A DNA stretch of 64,000 nucleotides from a candidate division WOR-3 bacterium (GTDB lineage Bacteria > Hydrothermota > UBA3072): the NCBI GenBank assembly GCA_023131835.1, contig JAGLZA010000102.1:616-64615 (forward strand), read 5' to 3'. Made by a program: the position numbers and the translations under genes. Every line of letters starts with the position of its first letter. Position 1 is the first letter of the stretch. Shown here piece after piece: positions 18,615 through 28,225 of this stretch. The notes beneath the pieces are model-generated. The model was not told the DNA's origin. It saw nothing but the letters and a program-made list of their open reading frames with translations, and did not search any database.

Positions 18615-20351
18615 TAACGCAAGCCAGAAGAGGAAATGCCTCCCCAATCCCGGATAATCCCTATCATCAAAGGTATAACCAAAATGACTCATATATTGTC
18701 GATCAAGGATATTCTCAACCCCTATCCCGATTGTACAATCAGCGAATATCTTCTCAACGGATGCATCTAATATGAGATAGGATTCCTCTTTTTTCCATTC
18801 TCCCGGATAGGAAAACCATTTCTTTCTCTCTCCGACCCAATTACCTGATATCTCCAATCTAACAGGGCCCTCATATGCTAATATCCCGGAGAAGGAATGC
18901 TCTGGTTGATATTGTAGATCCCTCTTTAAGGAATCGAGATCATCATACCCATCCATATAAGAATAGGAAACAGAATATGAGAGTGCTTTATATTCACCCC
19001 TGTATCCAACATCAACACCATATATCCTTGATCTATAGATATTATAAGGTTTCCAATCAGACCCATATCCTATCCTATCCGCTATCTCCTTTATATATGC
19101 AGACAGTGAAAATTCATCCACCCCTATTCCGGCATTTAAACCTGTGGAATATTCCGGAGACAGACTCTCGTTGGAATAAAGAGGCCAGTATAGATCGTTA
19201 AGCGTTGGTGCACGAAAGGCCGTACCAACAGATAGATGGGTATTAACTGAGCCAGTTGAGCGCAAACCCAGGGTAACAGATGGATGAAATCCAAAACTTC
19301 TAAACCAATCTCCGCGGAGAGAGCCGAATAGATTTAACATCCAGAGTTTAGAAGAACTTGATATACTGATACCTGCGTTCCTCTCCCCGGCATACCAGGA
19401 AACGGTATCACCACTGGATTTGAACTGATGCATCAATATGGAATCCTGTTCAAGATGTAAGGAGAGAGTAATTCCCTTATATAAAACTTTTGCATCTAAC
19501 TGTGCAACAAGGGTCGTATAATTATCATCCTCATCGATTGTGTCACCACTAAAATAATCCTTGTATCGATGACTCGGCTCCATTCGTTCCCACCTGATAC
19601 TCGGTGACAACAATAATCCAAAGTCCCCAATACCAAATCTCTTTTGATAGGAACCATCCAATAGTTTGGTATGTTGATGATCGTATAGGTTGGTTGTTTT
19701 GGCATCTCCAAATTCAGGGATAAAATTCTTATCTGGCATAGGCCCCGGCAATCCAACCTTGCGATATGTCCAGAGGAGATTAAAACCCTTCCAACCCAGG
19801 GAAGTAGAATACCGTTCATAATCTGTATTATTCCTGTCACCTCTCCCTTTATCTATATGTAGATTCCCGGATAGATCCCATCTTTTCCCTCCGATATCTG
19901 TCAAAAATCCCGGTAGAGAATTCCCTGACATCTTAAAATGGTTTTCTTTTGCCTCTGTTACGAAATTGACTATACCCCCCGAAGCATTAGAACCAAGCAA
20001 AACAGATGAAGGACCCTTTATTATCTCAACCCGCGAAACAGAATTTAACGGAATAGCAGAAAGGTCAAAGCCTCCAGTTCTTGGGTCATTTATCCTGTGT
20101 CCGTTAAGAAGTATAAGCGCGTGGCTCGGTGATGACCCACGTATGAGAACCTGCGAAAGCCCTCCCGGGGAACCATATTTAGTAATCCTGATTCCTGCCT
20201 TCTTTTCTAATAGTTCTCCGAGAGATGAAATAGTAGATACATCTTCTATTTTGATTATCCTTACATCATAGGGTAGATTATTGAATCTTTCTGCGGTCAC
20301 TGTGATCCCGGAAGATATCCATTCTGTGATACCTAAAAGAATTAGCAGCAT
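18609..20351 (-). CDS. btuB: TonB-dependent outer-membrane receptor (BtuB-like, cobalamin-linked)
   Basis: Plug domain ...LIRGSSPSHALILLNGHRINDP...IEIIKGPSSVLLGSNASGGIVNF and a beta-barrel. The AAGGAGG SD lies inside the upstream gene's 3' end, and the operon is controlled by a cobalamin riboswitch. Confidence 0.7.
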   Translation of the reverse strand: MLLILLGITEWISSGITVTAERFNNLPYDVRIIKIEDVSTISSLGELLEKKAGIRITKYGSPGGLSQVLIRGSSPSHALILLNGHRINDPRTGGFDLSAIPLNSVSRVEIIKGPSSVLLGSNASGGIVNFVTEAKENHFKMSGNSLPGFLTDIGGKRWDLSGNLHIDKGRGDRNNTDYERYSTSLGWKGFNLLWTYRKVGLPGPMPDKNFIPEFGDAKTTNLYDHQHTKLLDGSYQKRFGIGDFGLLLSPSIRWERMEPSHRYKDYFSGDTIDEDDNYTTLVAQLDAKVLYKGITLSLHLEQDSILMHQFKSSGDTVSWYAGERNAGISISSSSKLWMLNLFGSLRGDWFRSFGFHPSVTLGLRSTGSVNTHLSVGTAFRAPTLNDLYWPLYSNESLSPEYSTGLNAGIGVDEFSLSAYIKEIADRIGYGSDWKPYNIYRSRIYGVDVGYRGEYKALSYSVSYSYMDGYDDLDSLKRDLQYQPEHSFSGILAYEGPVRLEISGNWVGERKKWFSYPGEWKKEESYLILDASVEKIFADCTIGIGVENILDRQYMSHFGYTFDDRDYPGLGRHFLFWLALK

Positions 20352-20352
20352 A

Positions 20353-20859
20353 CTACCTCCTTTGTTTTATTCTTTGAATTATCGGAAAGAGAATCATCCC
20401 ATAGATTGCCGATTGAGTCCCTATATGCCATAGAACAAAGGGAAGTCCGACAATCAGATACGCAATGAAGGTCTTTTTGGTCGGAAACAAGAACCAGCCA
20501 ACAGATGTTGTAATCATATCATAGAAAAGAGTGGAGAGGATACCAAGGATAACTATTATATAAACTCTATGCAAACACTTTTTCCCATAAAAAGCCCCAA
20601 GGAGCCCGATGAACATTCCGCCTATTATCTGAGATAACAGAAGGGGAAGGGGGGAAGGGCCAAGAGGGTTAAAGAATCCAAAGATGAGAAAACTAATAGC
20701 ACCCACCATCATTCCGCCAACCGAACCAAGGAGAACACCGGACAAAAAAATGATAGAAGTTGTCAACTCAAAATTGGGTATAAAAGAGAGAACATAACCC
20801 ATTGCAATGGCTAAAGCAGAGAATATAGCAACCCTTGATATAAATCTTATCCGTTCCAT
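20353..20859 (-). CDS. Small 5-6 TM membrane protein, ECF S-component/BtuM-like putative cobalamin transporter
   Basis: 168 aa, hydrophobic, first gene after the B12 riboswitch and translationally coupled to btuB. Confidence 0.45.
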   Translation of the reverse strand: MERIRFISRVAIFSALAIAMGYVLSFIPNFELTTSIIFLSGVLLGSVGGMMVGAISFLIFGFFNPLGPSPLPLLLSQIIGGMFIGLLGAFYGKKCLHRVYIIVILGILSTLFYDMITTSVGWFLFPTKKTFIAYLIVGLPFVLWHIGTQSAIYGMILFPIIQRIKQRR

Positions 20860-20874
20860 TCTTTATAAACAAAA

Positions 20875-21062
20875 ATGGCTACCGAGGTAGCCAAAATCAT
20901 AAAATCTCCCTCCCCTCGGAGTTTTTTAGATAGCAGGTCTCCTGACTTATGACCAACCTACTCATCGCGCCTTCCCATCAATTTGACAGTGGCTATATGC
21001 GACTTTCGCTGTCAAATACAGTAGCGGGGCTGCAACGGATTCTCACCGTTTTCCCTTAACTA
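20875..21062 (-). promoter_or_regulatory. Cobalamin (B12) riboswitch
   Basis: Minus-strand reading shows GGTGAGAATCCGTTGCAGCCCCGCTACTGT...GCCACTG...B12 box AGTCAGGAGACCTGCT, followed by a GGCTACCTCGGTAGCC hairpin next to the start codon. Confidence 0.75.
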
Positions 21063-21119
21063 TCTACTATGTTAAATAATAAATAATGTTTTTTTTGAGA
21101 TTGTCAAGGGGGATAGCAA

Positions 21120-21447
21120 TTCCCTACTCCCCATTTTTAACCACAGAGAACACAGAGCCCCACCTCTCCCCTTTATTTTTTATGTTTTCAGAGGAAGAAA
21201 GGGAGAAAGATCTAGTCAGGGATATCCCTCTTACATTGTAGGAGGGACTTCTTGAGTCCCGACTATCACGGAGTAGCAAGACTTGTCTTGCGCTCTTGTT
21301 GTAGGGGTCGGGTTCCCTGACCCTTGTAGGAGCGACTTCCCAGTCGCGACCTTCCTGAAGTAGGGGCAATTCATGAATTGCCTCTACAAGTCTCGCGCAA
21401 GGGGAAATCGCAGAAGTGGGGGCGTTCGATTGAACGCCCCTACCTCT
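21120..21447. repeat. Intergenic repeat block (locus C): CTCTGTGGTTAAAAATGGGG motif plus six GTAGG-anchored hairpins
   Basis: 21330-21440 is near-identical to 59710-59830 and 1491-1610. Confidence 0.8.
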
Positions 21448-21482
21448 GGCTTCCTATTTCTGAAATAAGTGCAAAAGACCGC

Positions 21483-24400
21483 CTATCTAATCAGAATTAA
21501 CTTTTCCGTCTGTCTGCTTCTTCCACATTCAAGATGAAGGAAATATATACCCGTGGTAATTCTATACCCCTTACCATCTGTACCATCCCAGATGGCTTCA
21601 ACCACTGGACCCCCTCTATCAGATATTGATGGGGAAAACTCTTTAATCAGTCTACCGTTCACATCAAAAATCTTCAATTTGACCTGTGTATTCTTTCCAT
21701 TTCCTAAAGCCTGTATTCTAATGGCGATCTTTTCGGTAAATGGATTTGGATAGACTGAAAGCAATCTTCCATTATGAATAAAGGGATTCTCATCCTCAGT
21801 AACAATTGATACAATCACACCTGTATATTTTCCAATACCACTTTTGTCACTACCAAACCATACATCCTTATTATTATCAACAAAGACGCAGGTTAAATCA
21901 TCATCAACCAAACTGTCTTCTTGATGATATACAAGCCACTCTGTATCATTAAAGACAGCCGCACCACTCGGCGTGGAAACCCAGACCATATCTGAATCGT
22001 AGATTGAAATCCCTGTTATTTCATTGGAGGGAAGTCCATCAGCAGTAGTCCAATTCTGCCAGGAAGTGCCGTCGAATTTACTCACACCTCCTTTCGTACC
22101 GAACCACTTATTGTTCATAGAGTCAATCGCCACAGAAAGAATATAATCGTGCACAAGACCACTATTGCCGGTGTCGTAATTCGTCCAGCTACTGCCATCA
22201 AACTTAGATATCCCTTCTTCTGTTCCAACCCAGACTGTATCGACTCTATCAACCTTTACAATCAAACCGTCATCATCAATCAATCCGCTGTTCTGGAGAT
22301 AGTAATTCGTCCAGGCACTTCCATCATAACGACACAAAGCCCCATCCTGCCCCAATGGACCATCCCAACCCGCAGTTCCTATCCAGAGGACATTATCTGA
22401 TGCTTTATCAAGGGAAAGTATGATATTACCCAGAAGACCACTGTTAACAGTATCGTAATTCGTCCAGGTTACACCGTCGAACTCCCATATACCGGAATAT
22501 TGACTGCCAATCCATAGAGTATCACCGTCATCAAGATATACGACATTTATATAATTATCTCCCAGTCCGCTGTTATCAGTAGTGTAACTCGACCATCCTA
22601 CCCCATCATAAGTTATCACTCCATAATATGCGGTCCCCAAAAAGATTTTGTTAGTACTGGAGGCATCTATTGAGGAGATATAGTTACAATGTGGCTCATT
22701 TGATGTCTTGTAATTCTTCCAGATAGAAGAACCATCAAAACTGCTTACTCCTTTGGTCGCAGCGCCAAAATAATAGAGATTATTCAGGGTATCGATTGCG
22801 ATATCGAAGATCTGCTTCTCTACAAGGCCTGAGTTATTCGGTGTATAGTTCGTCCAGGTGTTTCCATCATATTTAGAAACACCACTGTTGTCATTCGTGG
22901 CACCACTGCCTCGATGATTTGCAAACCAGATGATTGTGTCTTTCTCAACCTCAATTGCTTCAATCTGTTGCCCTAAAAGACCCGAATTTACATCATCATA
23001 GTGTGTCCAGGAGGAACCATTATACATATATACCCATTTTAGCCAGGTGCCTGCCCATACCTGATTTTGACCATCCACATTAAGACATAGCAGATAATCA
23101 TCCTGCCAGGTGGATGCATCCAGATCCCAGTTTGTCCATATTGAACCATCAAACATAGAAACCCCACCCGGGTCACCAAAACTATTGGGATTATTTGCTG
23201 TCCATATTCGATCCAATGTATCCACAGCAATACCCCTTACTGCAACATCTGTCGCCCCACCACCAAGGTCTGTATAGGCAGTCCAGATAACACCATCAAA
23301 TTTAGCACATCCAAAACCGGTGCCAAACCAGTAATTCCCACTACTGTCCTGAGTAATAGCATAAACAACATTACCAGGTAATCCGCTATTTGAAGTGTTA
23401 TAGGTAATCCAGGAAGTGCCATCAAACTTTGTAACACCCTCAGAAGTTCCAAACCATTTATTCCCATCTTCATCGACATAGACATCCTTTACTATATTGT
23501 CACCAAGTCCATTAACAGTCGTATATTTCACATAACTACTGTCAAATAAATCCCATCTAACTATACCATCCCTCGCTCCAACCCAGAATACATCCCATTC
23601 CATTGCCAGACCTGAAATGCTATTACTGTTTACATAACAAAACCAATTTGCCGAATCAGAAATTTCTGAAATCGTTATAGTCGCAGGTGAAGACCAGCCA
23701 GATTCAGCACCAAACTTATCAATGGCCTTGGCGCTTATCGAATAAGGAGCTGTACCCGTCCACGAATGAGCATAATATCCACTTAAACCCGAAGGAAGTA
23801 GATTTGTTTGTGTCTGCACCCCATCCCCCCAATCAAATATATAGTAGATACTATCACCATCAGGATCGGTCGCTGATGTAGAAAATTCATAAAAGTTGAG
23901 TATATATCCAGTTGTGGGACCCGTAGGTATAGATGGTGTATTAGGTGGATTATTAGCTTCACTTATATCCACGGGAAATGGGAAAGACAATGAAGAAGAA
24001 GCACCCTTTATATCCGTTGCCTTTACCCGGACATTGTAAGTCCCTGCAGAAGTCCAGGTATGACTGGCATTGGCAGTTGCTCCTGATGCATAGAAGCCTG
24101 TTACCGTAGAATCACCATCATCCCAGTTAAAGGTGTATTTTACTGAATCGCCATCCGGATCAGTGGTTGATGTTGAATAAGAATACGAAACACCGGTATA
24201 TCCAGATGCAGTACCCGAAGGCGTTGATGGTTCATTGGGTGGTTGATTCGCCGATTCGGTGATAGCAGTGAGGTCTAACCATCCTCCACCAGAACTTGAA
24301 GTAAATCCTTTCAACCATTCACCCGGAGAATTATAGGCACTGAAGAAAATTGAATCAGAGGAGGTAGTTATTATATCTTTCTCTCCACCATTGGATAGTT

Positions 24401-24728
24401 TTGCGGTCAGGTAAAGAAAGCCTCCGGATACAGAAGTGGTAAAACCATTGATATAGACCCCATCAGGTGCAGTCCAATTCCCCACAAAATAAACATCAGT
24501 CCTTGATGTAGTTATTATATCTTTTTCACTACCTCCTGTTGTTTTCGCGGTAAGATATAAATACCCTCCCGATGAAGATGAACGGAAATGATTGATGTGT
24601 TCACCAGAAGGGGCAGTCCACTCAGTGGTAAAATAGATGCCTGAAGCATTTGTAGTGATAATATCATGCTCGGCACCAATAAGAAATGTTGGTATACACA
24701 ACAACAAAACAATACATAACTTTTTCAA
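21483..24728 (-). CDS. T9SS-sorted secreted protein with three N-terminal repeats, PKD domains and a long Reg_prop/Y_Y_Y beta-propeller repeat array
   Basis: 1081 aa; signal peptide; three copies of DIITT..YF...WTAP.G..I..F..S.GG.LYLTAK; PKD-like NVRVKATD; about 14 repeats of the form GTSWTNY.T.NSGL; C-terminal T9SS domain LSVYPNPF...GIYFLHLE. Confidence 0.7.
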   Translation of the reverse strand: MKKLCIVLLLCIPTFLIGAEHDIITTNASGIYFTTEWTAPSGEHINHFRSSSSGGYLYLTAKTTGGSEKDIITTSRTDVYFVGNWTAPDGVYINGFTTSVSGGFLYLTAKLSNGGEKDIITTSSDSIFFSAYNSPGEWLKGFTSSSGGGWLDLTAITESANQPPNEPSTPSGTASGYTGVSYSYSTSTTDPDGDSVKYTFNWDDGDSTVTGFYASGATANASHTWTSAGTYNVRVKATDIKGASSSLSFPFPVDISEANNPPNTPSIPTGPTTGYILNFYEFSTSATDPDGDSIYYIFDWGDGVQTQTNLLPSGLSGYYAHSWTGTAPYSISAKAIDKFGAESGWSSPATITISEISDSANWFCYVNSNSISGLAMEWDVFWVGARDGIVRWDLFDSSYVKYTTVNGLGDNIVKDVYVDEDGNKWFGTSEGVTKFDGTSWITYNTSNSGLPGNVVYAITQDSSGNYWFGTGFGCAKFDGVIWTAYTDLGGGATDVAVRGIAVDTLDRIWTANNPNSFGDPGGVSMFDGSIWTNWDLDASTWQDDYLLCLNVDGQNQVWAGTWLKWVYMYNGSSWTHYDDVNSGLLGQQIEAIEVEKDTIIWFANHRGSGATNDNSGVSKYDGNTWTNYTPNNSGLVEKQIFDIAIDTLNNLYYFGAATKGVSSFDGSSIWKNYKTSNEPHCNYISSIDASSTNKIFLGTAYYGVITYDGVGWSSYTTDNSGLGDNYINVVYLDDGDTLWIGSQYSGIWEFDGVTWTNYDTVNSGLLGNIILSLDKASDNVLWIGTAGWDGPLGQDGALCRYDGSAWTNYYLQNSGLIDDDGLIVKVDRVDTVWVGTEEGISKFDGSSWTNYDTGNSGLVHDYILSVAIDSMNNKWFGTKGGVSKFDGTSWQNWTTADGLPSNEITGISIYDSDMVWVSTPSGAAVFNDTEWLVYHQEDSLVDDDLTCVFVDNNKDVWFGSDKSGIGKYTGVIVSIVTEDENPFIHNGRLLSVYPNPFTEKIAIRIQALGNGKNTQVKLKIFDVNGRLIKEFSPSISDRGGPVVEAIWDGTDGKGYRITTGIYFLHLECGRSRQTEKLILIR

Positions 24729-25085
24729 GTTAACCTCCTTCTTTTACATATTTCTGATTTGAGCAATTATACATAATTCAACAAATAATGTTATCATTCA
24801 TGGTAGGGCTGTCAGGGTTTTCCAGATTCACCCTCTACTCCCCATTTTTTAAACCGCATATATTTAGCAAAAATTAATGGACATAATATCATACTGTCAA
24901 ACTCCGAGCTTGAGGGTATCCATTTCAATTAGTGCGAGGTGATATCGCTTAGAAACCCTCTCGGAGGCCGAGCGGGAGCCACAATTTCCTCGGCTTTCGG
25001 AAATTGACCTCGTTTTCGAAAACGATATTACCGAGCAACTAATCATAAAAATACACCTGCTTTTTAAAGTGATTCTACATTAGTG

Positions 25086-27941
25086 TCAGAATAGAATCAG
25101 CTTCTCTGTCCTCTGAAAAGCCCTCTTATCTCTTATGGACTTTGCTTCCATCCTGATAAAGTAGATTCCTACAGAGAGTTTCTCTTGAGCTTTAGAATTT
25201 TTCCAGTGTAATTGATAAACTCCAGCATCTCTCTTTTCATCCATCAGTGTCTTTCGCAGCCGTCCGAGAGGTCCATATATCTTCAATGTAACCCTACTCT
25301 CCACAGGAAAACTGAAGTCTATCCTGAAATCTCCTTTTGAGGGATTCGGATATACAGGACTCAAAGAGAATGAAACTGGTGCGCCCACGATAGGATTCTC
25401 TTGAATTCCCGTTGGATCTGTCAGCCACTGGACGCACTTCTGCAGAAGGAGAGGACGGGCAATAGAATCGATCTCATAAAAATTAAAGGTTATATACACA
25501 GCATTATGCGTGGTATCCTCTACCTGTAAACCGCAGGCCTGGTTTGTATCTCCATGGGCAACCCAGGCACCATCCCCGTAGGTAAAGATACTCCTGGAAA
25601 AAGACATCAAAAGGTCAGGAGCGACTACATCCGGAGCACGGGCTGTTACAGGAATCGTATCTCCCTCTGTAAAGAACCCGGGCACACCCCATATCTCGCC
25701 ACTGGTGATTGTAGTGGGATCGTCATCCAATCCATCATTCCCACCTCCCAGATAGTCAGCCCAGAGATAATGCTGGAAGAGTTCCAGGTTTGGATATCCG
25801 TTGGGATGTCCATGCTGCTGATATCCAAGATCACCACTGGTGATAAAAAACTTTTGCTTATTAAGGGAATCCCCTGAATCGAGCCAGGTTAGCAGTGCAT
25901 TAACCTCATTTGAGTCCGGAGACCCTGGTGTAGGCATACCGAAAAAGATATACTCATAAAAATCCAAAACAGAATTTTCCTGGTCCCTGTCATAGGTATC
26001 AAACGAATATCCTGCTTCAGTAAGGGCCGTGACATAGGCGTTATAATCAGCCCCTGTATAGTCCTGTGTTCCACTATAGTTGAATAGCATCGTTACACCT
26101 GAAGAAGGAAGGATAGTAAAGGTATAGAAAGAAGTAGGTGCATCGGAAGGGTCAGTTCCCCTGTTTTGATCTGCCGAGGCATCTGTGGCAGCAAAGTAGT
26201 AGTTTACAACAGTCCCTCTGGGTTGTGCAGGTATATGATAATAATATGTATTGGTAGATGGATTCATACTATCGGATGGAACGGGTATCCATCCACCCCC
26301 GACATCATAGTAAAGGGAGTCTAAATCCAGACCAGAAGCATCAACAATCTGTGTGGTAATCACAGGGATTGTATCAAAGGTGTTCTTCTTAGGAGAAGTG
26401 GTAAAAACAGGGGATTGATTATCCTCACCTATATAAAACCTGATGGCAAGCGAATCTATCAGAATATTTCCAATAGGTTCTCCATCAACAAGATAGGCAA
26501 GACCATCTGTGCCATCGCTGTTCTCCATTCCTGTTGTAGCACTCTTACCCTGGGTATAATTATCATCGTTTAATGAAGCATCCAGATACTGGTATGCGAT
26601 GTCTCCATTCTCATGAAGGAGTATCTCAAAGGTTAAAGAATCATTAAATACGCCAACCCTCCGCACCTTATGCCATTCGATTACAAAGATTCGGTCAGGG
26701 GAGGTTCCGATTAACTTGGAATAGATATTTCCGCCGGTAACAACATTAAGGTCATCCCAGAAGATATAACAGGCATTGTTGGGAACGCTAACATCAGGGA
26801 TAGAACCATTGAATGGACTGATAATCCCTGAAGACGGACCAAATCCTATGAGACCATTTGTTCCCACATATAATGTATCATACGAAAAACCATAAAACGA
26901 GAAAGAAAAATCTATCGGGATTCCAAAACATTCATCATCTCCGGAGCCAACAATCGTTCCATCTGTAGCATCTATCCACTGAAAAACAGGACCATCGGTT
27001 GTATCACTATCAATCCATCTATAGCCAAAGGCATCCGGTCCACCTGTATGTAGCCTTGAATATATAACCTTATGTTTTAGATCATTGGTCGTGTCTGAAT
27101 CATCTGCAAGAAGTGTCTTAACATAGACCGTATCTATACCACTTGAAGTCGGGGTCCATTGTAAGAAGTTGATAGTATCCTCATCATCAGGTGCAAGGGT
27201 GAGGGAATAAGTGGTAGTATCATTGTAGAGCATCGCCCCTGATGAATTCTTGATCCAGCAGGTAACCTCAAAATCCGTCTCCGAAGAAGTCCCATAATTC
27301 TTGATAATAGCCGATGGAATGTAAGATGAATCCGGATAGAAGAGATCCGGTGGGGTCAGGATTGAAACAACCCCTATATCATGGTTTACTGCAGTAGTTG
27401 CAACTAACTTAATGTCGTCAAGACACCAGGCATCAGCATAGCCATTGGCTGAGGTATGGACAAAGGCGATATAGATGGTTTTACCTGCATATACAGAACC
27501 CAGACCGAGGTTCACAGAATCCCATGATATGGGTGTAGTTCCTGGTAGAGTAAAGACTGTATCTGTAAACGATGAGGTGCTTGTATCACTCTCGGATATC
27601 AGGATATACTCAGGTCCATCCGAGTAACTTGCCCACTGGAGATAATGCCAGAAAGCAAGGTTTAAGTTATTTCCCGATGGGATGATTATGGAATCCGTAA
27701 CAAGCCGCTCATTCATAGTATCTCCGGATACACCATCCTGGGAAAAAGCTCTATAGGTTCCTGAATGTGGACTATAACTACTCTGCATCCAGGTTTCTCC
27801 GGATGTCTGGGTTCCGAGATTCTTTATATGCCAGCCCGTTGGTGGAAAAGTTCCTTCAAATCCTTCATCTAAAAGTACGGTCTGTGCCCACAATGATGCA
27901 GGAATTAATAAGACAAAGAGAAACAACAAACATCTACGCAT
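25086..27941 (-). CDS. T9SS-sorted secreted protein of unknown function (choice-of-anchor-J-like N-terminus)
   Basis: 951 aa; signal peptide MRRCLLFLFVLLIPASLWAQT; N-terminal DEGFEGTFPPTGW; C-terminal T9SS domain SLSPVYPNPSKG...LKIYGPLG...GIYFIRMEA. Confidence 0.65.
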   Translation of the reverse strand: MRRCLLFLFVLLIPASLWAQTVLLDEGFEGTFPPTGWHIKNLGTQTSGETWMQSSYSPHSGTYRAFSQDGVSGDTMNERLVTDSIIIPSGNNLNLAFWHYLQWASYSDGPEYILISESDTSTSSFTDTVFTLPGTTPISWDSVNLGLGSVYAGKTIYIAFVHTSANGYADAWCLDDIKLVATTAVNHDIGVVSILTPPDLFYPDSSYIPSAIIKNYGTSSETDFEVTCWIKNSSGAMLYNDTTTYSLTLAPDDEDTINFLQWTPTSSGIDTVYVKTLLADDSDTTNDLKHKVIYSRLHTGGPDAFGYRWIDSDTTDGPVFQWIDATDGTIVGSGDDECFGIPIDFSFSFYGFSYDTLYVGTNGLIGFGPSSGIISPFNGSIPDVSVPNNACYIFWDDLNVVTGGNIYSKLIGTSPDRIFVIEWHKVRRVGVFNDSLTFEILLHENGDIAYQYLDASLNDDNYTQGKSATTGMENSDGTDGLAYLVDGEPIGNILIDSLAIRFYIGEDNQSPVFTTSPKKNTFDTIPVITTQIVDASGLDLDSLYYDVGGGWIPVPSDSMNPSTNTYYYHIPAQPRGTVVNYYFAATDASADQNRGTDPSDAPTSFYTFTILPSSGVTMLFNYSGTQDYTGADYNAYVTALTEAGYSFDTYDRDQENSVLDFYEYIFFGMPTPGSPDSNEVNALLTWLDSGDSLNKQKFFITSGDLGYQQHGHPNGYPNLELFQHYLWADYLGGGNDGLDDDPTTITSGEIWGVPGFFTEGDTIPVTARAPDVVAPDLLMSFSRSIFTYGDGAWVAHGDTNQACGLQVEDTTHNAVYITFNFYEIDSIARPLLLQKCVQWLTDPTGIQENPIVGAPVSFSLSPVYPNPSKGDFRIDFSFPVESRVTLKIYGPLGRLRKTLMDEKRDAGVYQLHWKNSKAQEKLSVGIYFIRMEAKSIRDKRAFQRTEKLILF

Positions 27942-28018
27942 AATAACCTCCCCTTCAAATTCTTAGGTTTCATGTTCTATACCTCTTTCCAAATTGAATA
28001 ACTCAATATATTATATTT

Positions 28019-28035
28019 ATACAAATTTCGTGCCA
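28019..28035 (-). promoter_or_regulatory. Sigma54 (-24/-12) promoter for the 25086-27941 gene
   Basis: Minus strand reads TGGCACG-aaat-TTGTA, a near-consensus TGGCACG-N4-TTGCW, about 75 nt upstream of the start codon. Confidence 0.7.
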
Positions 28036-28120
28036 AAAAATGTATATAAAACGGAACATCTTTAATTTCAAGGCTTTGTAAGCATATATTACTGAATATG
28101 ATAAGAAAGTCGCCTATTCG

Positions 28121-28136
28121 GTCTCAAAAATGAGAC
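28121..28136. promoter_or_regulatory. Palindrome GTCTCA-N4-TGAGAC, candidate UAS for EBP paralog 2 (second copy AGTCTCA-caat-TGAGACT at 28210-28227)
   Basis: Two similar palindromes 85 and 175 bp upstream of the sigma54 promoter, the second overlapping the EBP2 stop codon. Confidence 0.35.
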
Positions 28137-28225
28137 AAAAAAATTGTTAAAATATTCTGAAGGGCTTTATTTGCAAAGTTTGCTCCAGATTCTGTATGTT
28201 TTTTGGTGAAGTCTCACAATTGAGA

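Noticed and set aside
21124-21369. 81-aa ORF (-) between the riboswitch and the T9SS gene
   Set aside because: It lies within repeat locus C, and its translation is dictated by the hairpin repeats.
24729-25085. Sigma54 promoter for the 1081-aa T9SS gene
   Set aside because: No convincing GG-N10-GC element was found on the minus strand in this interval. Only a CGTTTTCGAAAACG palindrome was seen at 25011-25024, which may be a terminator for the upstream gene. The promoter type remains unknown.
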